Source: a virus
Lineage: Duplodnaviria > Caudoviricetes
Direction: 5' to 3' (one strand)
DNA: 51,542 nucleotides
Virus record (IMG/VR): IMGVR_UViG_3300036773_000035
Coordinates: 1 to 51,542 of that record
In this document: in pieces, positions 24,986-33,578 of the stretch
Numbering within the stretch: position 1 is the stretch's first letter
Layout of the letters: every line of letters starts with the position of its first letter
Notes under the pieces: generated by a model
What the model was told of the DNA's origin: nothing
Databases searched by the model: none
Seen by the model: only the letters and a program-made list of their open reading frames with translations
Made by a program: the position numbers and the translations under genes

Positions 24986-27567
24986 GCTGCAACTGGCTCG
25001 ACGTACGGTTGCACGTCCCCGAGCGTGGGACCGTACTCCACATCGACGAACAGCTTGATGTGAGTCTCGTACGGCGGTGTGGTCATCTCCTCCTTGATGA
25101 CCGCAATCGCCTCATGCAGTCGGTCCTCCGGCACCTCGAAGACCAACGAGTCGTGCACCGTGAACAGCACGTCTCCGAGGCCCGCAGCAGGGAGACGCTT
25201 GTTCAAGCGGATCAGTGCGCTGAGACAGGTGTCGGAGGCAAGGCTCTGAATCGGGAAGTTGACTGCCTGGTTCTTGATGTGGTTGACCTTGTCCGGCGTG
25301 ATCAACCGCCATCGACGCACACGACCGAGCGGTGTCCGTAGCTCACCGACCGTGAGTGCATCTCGCTGCCACTGGTTGTACACCTCTTGGTACTTCGGGT
25401 ATAGTGCCCAGAAGCGGTCGATGTACTGCTGCGCTAACTGCTCACTGCCACCGGTCAGAGCCTTCAGCTCTCCCTGTGCGAGTGAGTACGCCTGTCGGCC
25501 GTAGGCGATCCCGAAGGTCACGAACTTGCTGTTGAAGCGCAGGTCGCCTGCTTCCTGCTTGTTCGCAGGGTCGGTCATCCACGCGTACGACTTGTTAAAC
25601 ACCGCCGCAGCTGTCGCTGTGTGGAAGTCCTGCTCCGTCAGTGCACGTCCGAGGTTCTCGTCCCCGCTGTAGTGCCAGGCGATGAACAGCTCGAGGTTCT
25701 TGTAGTCGACGTCGACGATAACGTGCCCGGGTCGCGCCTTGAACATCCGGCGAACCATCTTCGCCATCTTCGGGTTGACGCCCCACTTAGGTAGCGTCTG
25801 CAGTGGTGGGTTCCGGATCGACAGTCGTCCGGTGATCGTTCCGAACAGCAGGAAGTCCGGATGCACGCGACCGTCGGGACCTACATCGTCACCGATCCCG
25901 CGGATGTAGTTGCGCAGCAGGTGATCCCGCTCGCGGATGTTCCGCAGCAGCTTCGTGAAGTCTGACGTCTCGTTGTATGCGAGGAACACCTCTTCCGTTG
26001 ACCGCTTCCGCTCCGGGTGCTTCATCTTCAGGATGTCGAACGCGAGATGCTGCAGCTGCTTCGAACTACGGACGTTCAACCGCTCGTCTGGTACCAGCTT
26101 GAACCGACGCTTCATGCAGCCGGTGCAACTCGGGTCGTGACTGAAGCGAGTCTCGAACTCCTTCCGCCACAGCTTACGGTCCTTCTCGACGAAGTCGACG
26201 TCGTTAGAGCACACTGGGCAAGGGATCTCCTTGACCTGCGCACCGACGAACGACTGCTCCAGTGGGAACCCCTTCGACGCAGCCCAGTCCTGCATCGTGC
26301 GTTCGGCTTCCTCGATGATCGGAAGCCACTCGTCCTCGAGCTTGGCCGCGTACTCCATGTCGATGCCAGAGCCACGGAACTCGAGGTCCGCGAACGCGTC
26401 CGTCGCATCCGTCAACAGGCCTTTGCACAGGGGCATCGTGCCTTCCGCTTCGACCAGGGGCGGTAGGAGGTCGCAGAGGTGGAAGGTGTAGTACACGTCC
26501 TGGCAGCCGTACTTGGCAAGGTCCCGCCAGTGACCTTCATGCTGTGGACCCTTCGTCCAGCTGTAGTCACCGAGGTCCTCGTAGTACCCAGCGTTTAGGT
26601 ACGTGCGCGAGAGGACCTTCAGGCCAACCTGCTCACCGCGTTCCGTGAGACCGAGACCGAGCACCATCGAGTCTCGTACGATCTTCGGACTGCGGAACCG
26701 ACCCGCTCGGATCACCTGTCGGTCGTACGCACTATTGTGCATCCGCCAGATGACGCCGTTCTTGTCGAACAGCTTCTGGAGCGCTTCGCGGAACGGGCGG
26801 AGGTGCAGCATCGCTGGCATGTTGAAGGCCCACGCCTGGTCTCCACCAGCGTAGAACTGCGACATGATCCACTCGTCGTCCAGTGGTCGCGGTCCGGTGC
26901 TGTACTTGGTCTTCGACTCCGTGTCGAACGCGATCTTCGTCGCACTCGCGTACAGGTGGTTGAGGACCTTGATCGCTTCCGCCGGGTCGTCAACGTAGTG
27001 CCAGTCCAGCTTGAAGTTTCGGTCCGGGAACGGGATCTCACCGCGCGTGAGCTGCAGTGCACGCTTCGTGGTGTCGTAGATGTCGTCGAAGTAGCCCGTG
27101 TTGCCGTGGAGCACCGCAGCGGGGTGGTAGGTCGCGATGACCCACGTTCCCAGCTCCTCGTTCCACCGCATGGCACCCTGCGTCTTCGTGATTCCGTCTG
27201 TGGTGTTCAGCAGGACCTGTGACGCGGTACCACCGACTGCGAGGACCACCTTCGGCTTGCGTGCCTTGACCTCGTCAACCAGACGGTCGTGACAGGCTGC
27301 GAGTGCCGCTTTCGATGGTGGTGTGTCCTTGCCGTCCTTGTCGACGGGCGGTCGACACATCGTGGCGTTGGTGACGTAGGTCCAAGCTCGACTGCCACCC
27401 AGATCAGCCAGAGTCGCGTCCAGCAACTTGCCCGACGGCCCAGTGAACGGAGTACCCGCCTGGATCTCCTGTCTGCCCGGTGCTTCCCCCACGATAACGA
27501 GGTCTGCCTGATCTGGACCAACGCCCTTGCAGGCTGGCCCGGAGAGTGGACACCCATCACAGCTCAC
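24982..27567 (-). CDS. Family A DNA polymerase with N-terminal family-4 uracil-DNA glycosylase-like domain (SPO1-type architecture)
   Basis: UDG motifs CxxC, GEAPG, CRPP, YHPAA; exonuclease FDTE, HNSAYD, YGCQD; polymerase TGRLS, DYKNLE, K...FGIAYG, HDS. Confidence 0.93.
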   Translation of the reverse strand: MSCDGCPLSGPACKGVGPDQADLVIVGEAPGRQEIQAGTPFTGPSGKLLDATLADLGGSRAWTYVTNATMCRPPVDKDGKDTPPSKAALAACHDRLVDEVKARKPKVVLAVGGTASQVLLNTTDGITKTQGAMRWNEELGTWVIATYHPAAVLHGNTGYFDDIYDTTKRALQLTRGEIPFPDRNFKLDWHYVDDPAEAIKVLNHLYASATKIAFDTESKTKYSTGPRPLDDEWIMSQFYAGGDQAWAFNMPAMLHLRPFREALQKLFDKNGVIWRMHNSAYDRQVIRAGRFRSPKIVRDSMVLGLGLTERGEQVGLKVLSRTYLNAGYYEDLGDYSWTKGPQHEGHWRDLAKYGCQDVYYTFHLCDLLPPLVEAEGTMPLCKGLLTDATDAFADLEFRGSGIDMEYAAKLEDEWLPIIEEAERTMQDWAASKGFPLEQSFVGAQVKEIPCPVCSNDVDFVEKDRKLWRKEFETRFSHDPSCTGCMKRRFKLVPDERLNVRSSKQLQHLAFDILKMKHPERKRSTEEVFLAYNETSDFTKLLRNIRERDHLLRNYIRGIGDDVGPDGRVHPDFLLFGTITGRLSIRNPPLQTLPKWGVNPKMAKMVRRMFKARPGHVIVDVDYKNLELFIAWHYSGDENLGRALTEQDFHTATAAAVFNKSYAWMTDPANKQEAGDLRFNSKFVTFGIAYGRQAYSLAQGELKALTGGSEQLAQQYIDRFWALYPKYQEVYNQWQRDALTVGELRTPLGRVRRWRLITPDKVNHIKNQAVNFPIQSLASDTCLSALIRLNKRLPAAGLGDVLFTVHDSLVFEVPEDRLHEAIAVIKEEMTTPPYETHIKLFVDVEYGPTLGDVQPYVEPVAA

Positions 27568-28259
27568 TTGCTCTCCTTCTTGAACAGCGGGTTGACGGCG
27601 AACGGCATCTCCGGTCGTGACGCAGGACCTGCCATCGTCTGCGGTGCCGGGTCGGGGTTCACCACAACGACGTTCGGGTACACCTTCTCGAAGCCTTGCA
27701 GAAGCCTCTCCGCAGCATTCCTCCGCATGACCTTCTCCTTCCCGAAGTACTCCGCGACGAGCTTGTGGAGCAGATCATCTCCCGGGCATTCGCACCAGGT
27801 GTAACACCAGGCCCGAACTGGTTCGCCGTTGTCCGCAGTTTCGTACGCGTGCTCGGACACCATGTGGATGCAGTCACCGCACTGAAGGTCTACCGGTTTC
27901 TGGTCTGCATTATCATGCTGACCCGGTACCGATCCTGACGTAGACGACGAATTAGCCGGTGTTTCTCGGGCTGTTTCTGCCAGATACATCGCGTAAGTCA
28001 AGACCGCATAGACTGCGAGGTCTTTGTACGTGTCCTCCACCGTTTCGTTCTGCGGTGCACGACCATTGTACCGCAACGCCTTCAGTCGCTCCAGCTTCTG
28101 GACCATGTTGAACTCCGCAGCCTCGTACGTGGCGAGGTTGAACTGCTCACCGGTACGCCGGAAGTTCGAGAACGGGTCGTGGTCGAGCTGGTAGTCGTCA
28201 CCCTTCTGCTGCTGCGTCGTAGCGATACGGTTCATCGCCTCATGGAACCAGTCGGTCAT
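27564..28259 (-). CDS. Nucleotide-modification-associated all-alpha pyrophosphatase-like protein (DUF1599/Nmad1-like) with C-terminal extension
   Basis: KGDDY...DPFSNF...KLERL...ETVEDTYKDLAVYA; GGAG RBS before ATG 28259. Confidence 0.7.
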   Translation of the reverse strand: MTDWFHEAMNRIATTQQQKGDDYQLDHDPFSNFRRTGEQFNLATYEAAEFNMVQKLERLKALRYNGRAPQNETVEDTYKDLAVYAVLTYAMYLAETARETPANSSSTSGSVPGQHDNADQKPVDLQCGDCIHMVSEHAYETADNGEPVRAWCYTWCECPGDDLLHKLVAEYFGKEKVMRRNAAERLLQGFEKVYPNVVVVNPDPAPQTMAGPASRPEMPFAVNPLFKKESK

Positions 28260-28294
28260 GCCTGCTCCTGTGCGGTAGGGGTGTTGACGCCAAA

Positions 28295-28316
28295 CGGCCA
28301 CTCCGGAGAGTGGCCG
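28295..28316 (-). terminator. Perfect 9-bp hairpin in the leader of the Nmad1-like/polymerase transcript
   Basis: CGGCCACTC-TCCG-GAGTGGCCG followed by TTT. Confidence 0.5.
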
Positions 28317-28334
28317 CTCAGCTCGCTCTATTCA

Positions 28335-28364
28335 ATTATAGGTGAAACCCACGTGGTCCATCAA
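28335..28364 (-). promoter_or_regulatory. Sigma-A-type promoter
   Basis: TTGATG-18 bp-TATAAT. Confidence 0.75.
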
Positions 28365-29800
28365 GCGGATTCGATCGCGTATTTCGTCGGGTCCTCGACT
28401 CCGGCCATCTTGAACGCGCGCTGACGCATGACGCAGGGTCCGCAGTCTCCGCAGTGGATCCCTTCCGTGTTCGCCTTGTAGCACGACCACGTAAAGTCGA
28501 AGGGCATGAAGCCCGGAAGCTGCGATCCGAAGGTGACGATCTCGTGCTTCATCATCCCACCGAGCGGATCACTGATCTCTAACTGGTGATACGGCTTGAC
28601 CGCGTACGGAGCGAGGTCTCGCAGCTTGTTGATGAACTCCTGCTCGTTGTCCGGGTACCCGCCGCAACTCTCCTCCTGGTTGGAGCCGAGTGCGATGCAG
28701 TCGTAGCCGTGTGCCTCCGCGTACGCGAACGCTAGTGCCATCATTACCGTGTTGCGTGCGGGAACCCACTCGTGAGCGTACTCCGCACCTGCGACACCCT
28801 TCGCAACCTCTCGGGTGTCGTCCGTCAGCGAACTCGTCGCGTGCAGCGAGAAGAAGTTGGTCTCGAGCATCGCGACTGGCACATCGTCGAGTGGGACGTT
28901 CAACTCTGCAGCGATGCGGTACTGCAGATTCTGGATCGCCCGCACCTCGTTCGGCTCCGCTTTGGCGTTGTACCGCAGGTGTAGCAGTGTGACATCGTCA
29001 CCCTTGCGGATTGCGTGGTACCACGCGACTACGCCACTGTCGAGACCGCCACTGCACACCACCAGCGTCTTCTTCCTGCCCGTTCGCACAGGGTAGAGTG
29101 TGCCCAACCGCTGGTGGTAGCCACCGTTGATGGACCCGTACGTGTACGGCTCGATCTGGTGGGGCTGCACCGTGCTCAGGAAGTCGTCGCTGGATACCGG
29201 TTCCAGGTACTTCCGCTGTGACGCGAAGAGTACCGTCTGCGAACCTGCGTCGCCGAGGACCCATAGCGGCTTGTAGTTGCACGCGTAGTAGACCTTGCTG
29301 GGCTCCTCGCTGCGGTACGCGAGGATCGCGAACGACCCCTTCAGCTTCCGGAGACCCACCTCGAACCCGAAGCGATCGAACACCATCGCGATGACCCACG
29401 TGTCGACGTGTGTGGGTGAGACCTGTGAGCTGGTTGCTTCCATCTCCCGAATGAGGTCCTTGTCGTTCGCGATCGTCCCGTTGTGGACTACCGTCCACTG
29501 ACCAACGGTGAACGGCTGGATGTCCTTGTCCGCGGTCTCGCCGTTCCACTCCGTAGTCGGTTCACCGCGTAGGCACCCGAGCAGGATCCCTTGAGAGAAC
29601 GCTCCGAGTTCGTCCCACTCGATCTCGTTCGGCGGATCGTTGTAGCCGCTGTCCGCAACCTGGTACGGGTCCTCCAGGTCCTCCGGTGCGAAGAACAACC
29701 CGAACGCGTCGTGACCGCGCTCCTGACTGAGCGTGAAGAGCGTCTTGATCTCCTGCTGGTCCGTCTGTGGACCGACGTACCCTCCGATGATGCTACACAC
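28361..29800 (-). CDS. gat-queC: Glutamine amidotransferase (Ntn type)-QueC fusion
   Basis: GTG start gives MCSIIG with N-terminal Cys; RGHD and HNG; QueC motifs SGGLDS, VPARN, YPD, TWSCY...HCGDCGPC..R. Confidence 0.92.
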   Translation of the reverse strand: MCSIIGGYVGPQTDQQEIKTLFTLSQERGHDAFGLFFAPEDLEDPYQVADSGYNDPPNEIEWDELGAFSQGILLGCLRGEPTTEWNGETADKDIQPFTVGQWTVVHNGTIANDKDLIREMEATSSQVSPTHVDTWVIAMVFDRFGFEVGLRKLKGSFAILAYRSEEPSKVYYACNYKPLWVLGDAGSQTVLFASQRKYLEPVSSDDFLSTVQPHQIEPYTYGSINGGYHQRLGTLYPVRTGRKKTLVVCSGGLDSGVVAWYHAIRKGDDVTLLHLRYNAKAEPNEVRAIQNLQYRIAAELNVPLDDVPVAMLETNFFSLHATSSLTDDTREVAKGVAGAEYAHEWVPARNTVMMALAFAYAEAHGYDCIALGSNQEESCGGYPDNEQEFINKLRDLAPYAVKPYHQLEISDPLGGMMKHEIVTFGSQLPGFMPFDFTWSCYKANTEGIHCGDCGPCVMRQRAFKMAGVEDPTKYAIESA

Positions 29801-30116
29801 GCTTCTGCTCCTCCTCCGATCCGGACGTGCGGTTCTGCACCGTCGCCCACTTGGTCTGCACCAGCGTCTCGAGGTCGTACCCGAACACCGCGCAGACGTG
29901 GCACAGCTTGATGAACACGTCGGGCAGCTCGTCCAGGATCGCGTTCTCCCACATCGTGTAGTTTCCGCGCACACCCTGGTTCTGCTTGAGCACCGCGCGT
30001 GCGAGCTCGCCGACCTCCTCCACGAGACCGAGCACCAGGTCTGCACGCGTGTCTCCGGGGAAGTTCTTCACTGCCCACGCACCGATCTCGCACTGCAGTT
30101 CGTTGATCTCAGCCAT
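29793..30116 (-). CDS. mazG: MazG-like nucleotide pyrophosphohydrolase
   Basis: LVEEVGELA...DELPDV. Confidence 0.85.
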   Translation of the reverse strand: MAEINELQCEIGAWAVKNFPGDTRADLVLGLVEEVGELARAVLKQNQGVRGNYTMWENAILDELPDVFIKLCHVCAVFGYDLETLVQTKWATVQNRTSGSEEEQKRV

Positions 30117-30891
30117 GGAGATACTCCCTCCAACGTCGGATGTTCGTACGGGTGATCGATACAGCCTCTTCGCTGCAGTTGGCGTAGTCGAAGTACTCGT
30201 TGCGACCACCGAGCGACTTGCGACCGGGGTACAGCGGCACAGGCACACCCGGCATGATCGACTTCGGGTTCACGGTGATGCCGTTGAGACCCCAGACGAC
30301 GAACTTCGCGGTGTCGCAGGAGCGTACCCGGGCTCGTGTCGCTTCGTCCTGCAGTTCCGCCAGGTCCTCCGTGACGCCGAGGAAGTGGATGTCGTTGCCG
30401 TAGAACTCCGTGATGGCCTCGACCACGATCGGTCGCGGCAGGTTGTACAGCTGCTCGACCTCCTCGATGATCCCGATGGTCGCGTACGGGAGAGCGAGCA
30501 CTAACTCCTCGAGGCAGTACAGGTACTCGTGCCAGGTCTTGCCGTGGGGCACGACCATGAACGCTCCGTCGTACCCGTGTTCGCGGAGCTCCCGAGCGGC
30601 GTTGGTGGATCGCGCAACCGTCTCCTTGGAGTCCTGGAACCGGTCCGGAAGCACGATCTCCGACGGCTTGACGACGTGGAGGGCTTCGACCAGCGTCTCG
30701 ATGGTCGTATCCTGCCCCTCGAATGCTGCGGTGTCCATCGTCAGCCAGTGACCCATGTCCACGCGGCTCTGGTAGAACCGAGCGTACTCCCTGTGCGACA
30801 CGATCACGTCCGCAACGCACAGGTGGTGAGTCTCCTCAACGGGGATGACGCGCTTCGCGAGCTTGGACGGCGGGATGTGGAACAGTCTCAA
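30109..30891 (-). CDS. TGT-fold guanine transglycosylase-like protein (DpdA-like)
   Basis: MDTAAFE (resembles DSGAF), VLPD, VPHG, IHFLG, RSCDT; inside the que cluster; TTG start after GAGAGGTG. Confidence 0.7.
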   Translation of the reverse strand: MRLFHIPPSKLAKRVIPVEETHHLCVADVIVSHREYARFYQSRVDMGHWLTMDTAAFEGQDTTIETLVEALHVVKPSEIVLPDRFQDSKETVARSTNAARELREHGYDGAFMVVPHGKTWHEYLYCLEELVLALPYATIGIIEEVEQLYNLPRPIVVEAITEFYGNDIHFLGVTEDLAELQDEATRARVRSCDTAKFVVWGLNGITVNPKSIMPGVPVPLYPGRKSLGGRNEYFDYANCSEEAVSITRTNIRRWREYLHG

Positions 30892-30901
30892 TGTGCACCT
30901 C

Positions 30902-31252
30902 TCAGAACGAGTGGACGATGTAGATGAGCGCATAGATGCTGGCCACGACGCCAACGATGAACACGCACGTTAGGGTGCCCGCAACAGACCACCACGTGAT
31001 GCGCTGAGCGAGCTGGATGTGCCGGATGTGTTGCCGCGCGCGCTTGTACAGTTCCACGCGCAGGTGCGTGCGCTCGTCGCCCTCGGTCTCGAACGTGTGA
31101 CGGAGCATCTCTTCGATCTCCTCGTTCGAAGGCTGCCCCTCCGGTTCGAGGTCTCCGTGCGCGTCTCCGACCGTGAGGTCCTCCGGCTGGTATAGCGGGA
31201 TCTGTTGGGTATCCTCGTCCTCGTTCTCCGGGTCGAGTCTGTGGCTAGACAC
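30902..31252 (-). CDS. Membrane protein with acidic N-terminus
   Basis: GGAGG RBS; C-terminal TM helix. Confidence 0.65.
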   Translation of the reverse strand: MSSHRLDPENEDEDTQQIPLYQPEDLTVGDAHGDLEPEGQPSNEEIEEMLRHTFETEGDERTHLRVELYKRARQHIRHIQLAQRITWWSVAGTLTCVFIVGVVASIYALIYIVHSF

Positions 31253-31253
31253 A

Positions 31254-31364
31254 CTAACCTCCGATGCCGAACACAGCGGCCACCGTACCGATGAAGGTAC
31301 TGATGACCGCTGCGTACGTCAGTAGCTGGGTGTGGAACGGGAGTGTCACGAAGTACTTGAGCAT
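31254..31364 (-). CDS. 36-aa membrane peptide, leaderless (not in ORF track)
   Basis: MLKYFVTLPFHTQLLTYAAVISTFIGTVAAVFGIGG; ATG 6 nt after TATACT. Confidence 0.55.
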   Translation of the reverse strand: MLKYFVTLPFHTQLLTYAAVISTFIGTVAAVFGIGG

Positions 31365-31370
31365 ACGTCA

Positions 31371-31400
31371 AGTATATGTGAACTTCCCGAGAGAAACTAG
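31371..31400 (-). promoter_or_regulatory. Promoter with good -10 and weak -35
   Basis: CACATATACT context shared with other promoters in this genome. Confidence 0.55.
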
Positions 31401-32035
31401 GGGCGGCGCATGAGGGCCAGAAACTCGTGTCGAGCGTCGGCCTCCTCCCGGAACACGCCCCGGACCGAAGACGTCATCGTGCCAGCGTTCGGTTCCTCGA
31501 CTCCACGATGGCTCATGCAGCCGTGTACTGCGTCGATGACGACCATCGCACCCTTCGGCTGCAGGTGAGTCTCCAGCGCGTCAGCGATCTGGTCCGTCAC
31601 CCGCTCCTGCAGCGTGTACTGCTTCGCGAAGTGGTGCGTGATGCGTGCGAGCTTCGAGAGGCCGCACACGCGCTCGTTCGGCAGGTACCCGACCCACGCG
31701 TTGCCGTACACAGGCAGCATGTGGTGGGCGCACATCGACTTGACCGTGATGGGTCCGACCTGGACGAGGCTGTCGTACGCGTCATCAAACGACACCTCGA
31801 GCAAGCCGGCGACCTTCTCCGGACTCGCGTTCTTCGCGAACTCCATCAACACCTTCGCAGCACGTTCCGGAGTGCGCTTGAAGTGCTGGTCCTGGAGGTC
31901 GTAGCCCAGCTGCCGGATGATGGTCGATAGGCAATCCCGGATTACGCCCTGGACGTACTCCCGGTCGTCTCCGTTCGGCATCAAGCGGTGCTCGTCCTGA
32001 CCCGGCAGGTCGATCATGTTGTTCGTGTGGTGCAT
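31397..32035 (-). CDS. folE: GTP cyclohydrolase I
   Basis: TPER, SMCAHHMLP, GLSKLAR, LQER, HGCMSHRG. Confidence 0.95.
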   Translation of the reverse strand: MHHTNNMIDLPGQDEHRLMPNGDDREYVQGVIRDCLSTIIRQLGYDLQDQHFKRTPERAAKVLMEFAKNASPEKVAGLLEVSFDDAYDSLVQVGPITVKSMCAHHMLPVYGNAWVGYLPNERVCGLSKLARITHHFAKQYTLQERVTDQIADALETHLQPKGAMVVIDAVHGCMSHRGVEEPNAGTMTSSVRGVFREEADARHEFLALMRRP

Positions 32036-32196
32036 CAAAGTTTCCCCTCGAGTGCCGTGATCAGTTCCTCGTGCGCGTGTCCGTCGACTCCATACTCGTC
32101 CGCTTCCGCACACAACACTTCGGCTTCCTCCTGCGTGAGAACGATGACGATCCCCTCACTGCTGAGGTCAGCGTTCAGCTGCTTTCGGACCTCCAT
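32035..32196 (-). CDS. Hypothetical protein
   Basis: Translationally coupled on both sides. Confidence 0.55.
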   Translation of the reverse strand: MEVRKQLNADLSSEGIVIVLTQEEAEVLCAEADEYGVDGHAHEELITALEGKL

Positions 32197-32927
32197 CAGC
32201 GTGCCCTCTCGTTCCCGTACAGCAGGATGTGCTGGCGGAGGGTGAAGTTCCACCCGTGTGCCAGCGCGTGCTTCGCGACGATCTGACCTCGGTCGAGCAC
32301 CGTTACCATGTCGATCCCCTCCGGCATAAGCCAGGTTCGGTTAGGTGGGATCTGGATCAGGTCCACGATGTGCTCGATCTCCGCAACGTCCTCATCGGAC
32401 GTCACCACGAACTTGAAGTCCGCACCCAGCATGTTGAACTCGTCGAGGACCTCCGGCTTGAACCGACGGTCGATCGGGTTCCCGCTGTTCGACAGCTTCG
32501 GACTTACTGTCCACTGTACGCTCGGGGCGTTGCACAAGCCTGGTCGGAGCGTCCCGGCAGTCTCGAACGCAACCTCGAACCCGTCACGCAGGAGGTTGGC
32601 GACCAGCGGTCCCAGTGTGGCCTGCTGCATCAGAGGCTCGCCGCCGCTCACGACGACCAAACCACCACGTGGCAAGAAGCCACGCAACTTCTCCTGCACC
32701 TCTTCGACCGACATCCGGGACAGCTCCACCTTCGGGTCGTACGCTGTCTGCTCGATGTGGAGCTTCGCCTTGCGGGTGTCGAAGAACACCGCGTGTGGTG
32801 TGTCGCAGAAGCCGCATGCTAGGTTGCACCCTCCGAGTCGGACGAACGCTGCGAGCTGTCCGGTCTGTCTGCCCTCGCCCTGCCAGACAGGTCCGAACAC
32901 CTCGTTCACCAGTAACCCAGCTGTCAT
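32196..32927 (-). CDS. queE: 7-carboxy-7-deazaguanine synthase (radical SAM)
   Basis: QGEG, FVRLGGCNLACGFCDT, SGGEP, ETAG, SPK. Confidence 0.95.
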   Translation of the reverse strand: MTAGLLVNEVFGPVWQGEGRQTGQLAAFVRLGGCNLACGFCDTPHAVFFDTRKAKLHIEQTAYDPKVELSRMSVEEVQEKLRGFLPRGGLVVVSGGEPLMQQATLGPLVANLLRDGFEVAFETAGTLRPGLCNAPSVQWTVSPKLSNSGNPIDRRFKPEVLDEFNMLGADFKFVVTSDEDVAEIEHIVDLIQIPPNRTWLMPEGIDMVTVLDRGQIVAKHALAHGWNFTLRQHILLYGNERAR

Positions 32928-33376
32928 CGCACCCACGTCCAGGTCGCTCCGTTGGTACCGGTCTCGTCGACACGCACACTCGCGTACTCGACGCTGAACG
33001 CGCTGATCGTCCACTCACCGATCCACTGCGAGATGTGCTCGATGGTTGGGTCACCCGCGGTCCGCACCAATCCTGGGTAGTACGCTTCCGGGTTCATCAC
33101 CGAGTCGATCAACGAGTCCGCTGCGTTCATCAGCAACCGGTGGTCGAACTCCGTGTCGATGTAGCCACGTACCTTCTGCTTCACCAGTCCGAAGTCCAGT
33201 GGACCGTACTTGTCCTCCGCGATCCCGTTCCCGTTGACCCGCACACCGAGCTCGACTTCGATGTGCAGCGAGTGACCATGGATCTGCTGGCACTTGCCAG
33301 GCAGTAACGACAGCCGGTGGGCGATCTCCGCGTTGTGCTTCACGAAGATCGCCCGCTCGGAGTTGCCTGCACTCAC
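32924..33376 (-). CDS. queD: 6-carboxytetrahydropterin synthase
   Basis: AHRL, KCQQIHGH, LDFG, FDH, PTIE. Confidence 0.93.
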   Translation of the reverse strand: MSAGNSERAIFVKHNAEIAHRLSLLPGKCQQIHGHSLHIEVELGVRVNGNGIAEDKYGPLDFGLVKQKVRGYIDTEFDHRLLMNAADSLIDSVMNPEAYYPGLVRTAGDPTIEHISQWIGEWTISAFSVEYASVRVDETGTNGATWTWVR

Positions 33377-33576
33377 TCTGCCCCCTGACTGACCGGCTCG
33401 AGGTCGTCACCGACCAAACCACGGCTGCGCAGGTCCTGGATGATCAGCCACCGGATGTGACCGGCAACCGACCGACCGTCTGCCTTCGCCGCGATCTTGA
33501 GCGGGTCGTTGTACTTCGGGTAGATCGGAATGGACAGCAAGGTATCCATCGTCTCCGCTTCCTGCTTCTCCGCCAT
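33373..33576 (-). CDS. Ribbon-helix-helix-like DNA-binding protein
   Basis: LSIPI...LKIAAKADGRSVAGHIRWLI. Confidence 0.6.
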   Translation of the reverse strand: MAEKQEAETMDTLLSIPIYPKYNDPLKIAAKADGRSVAGHIRWLIIQDLRSRGLVGDDLEPVSQGAE

Positions 33577-33578
33577 GA

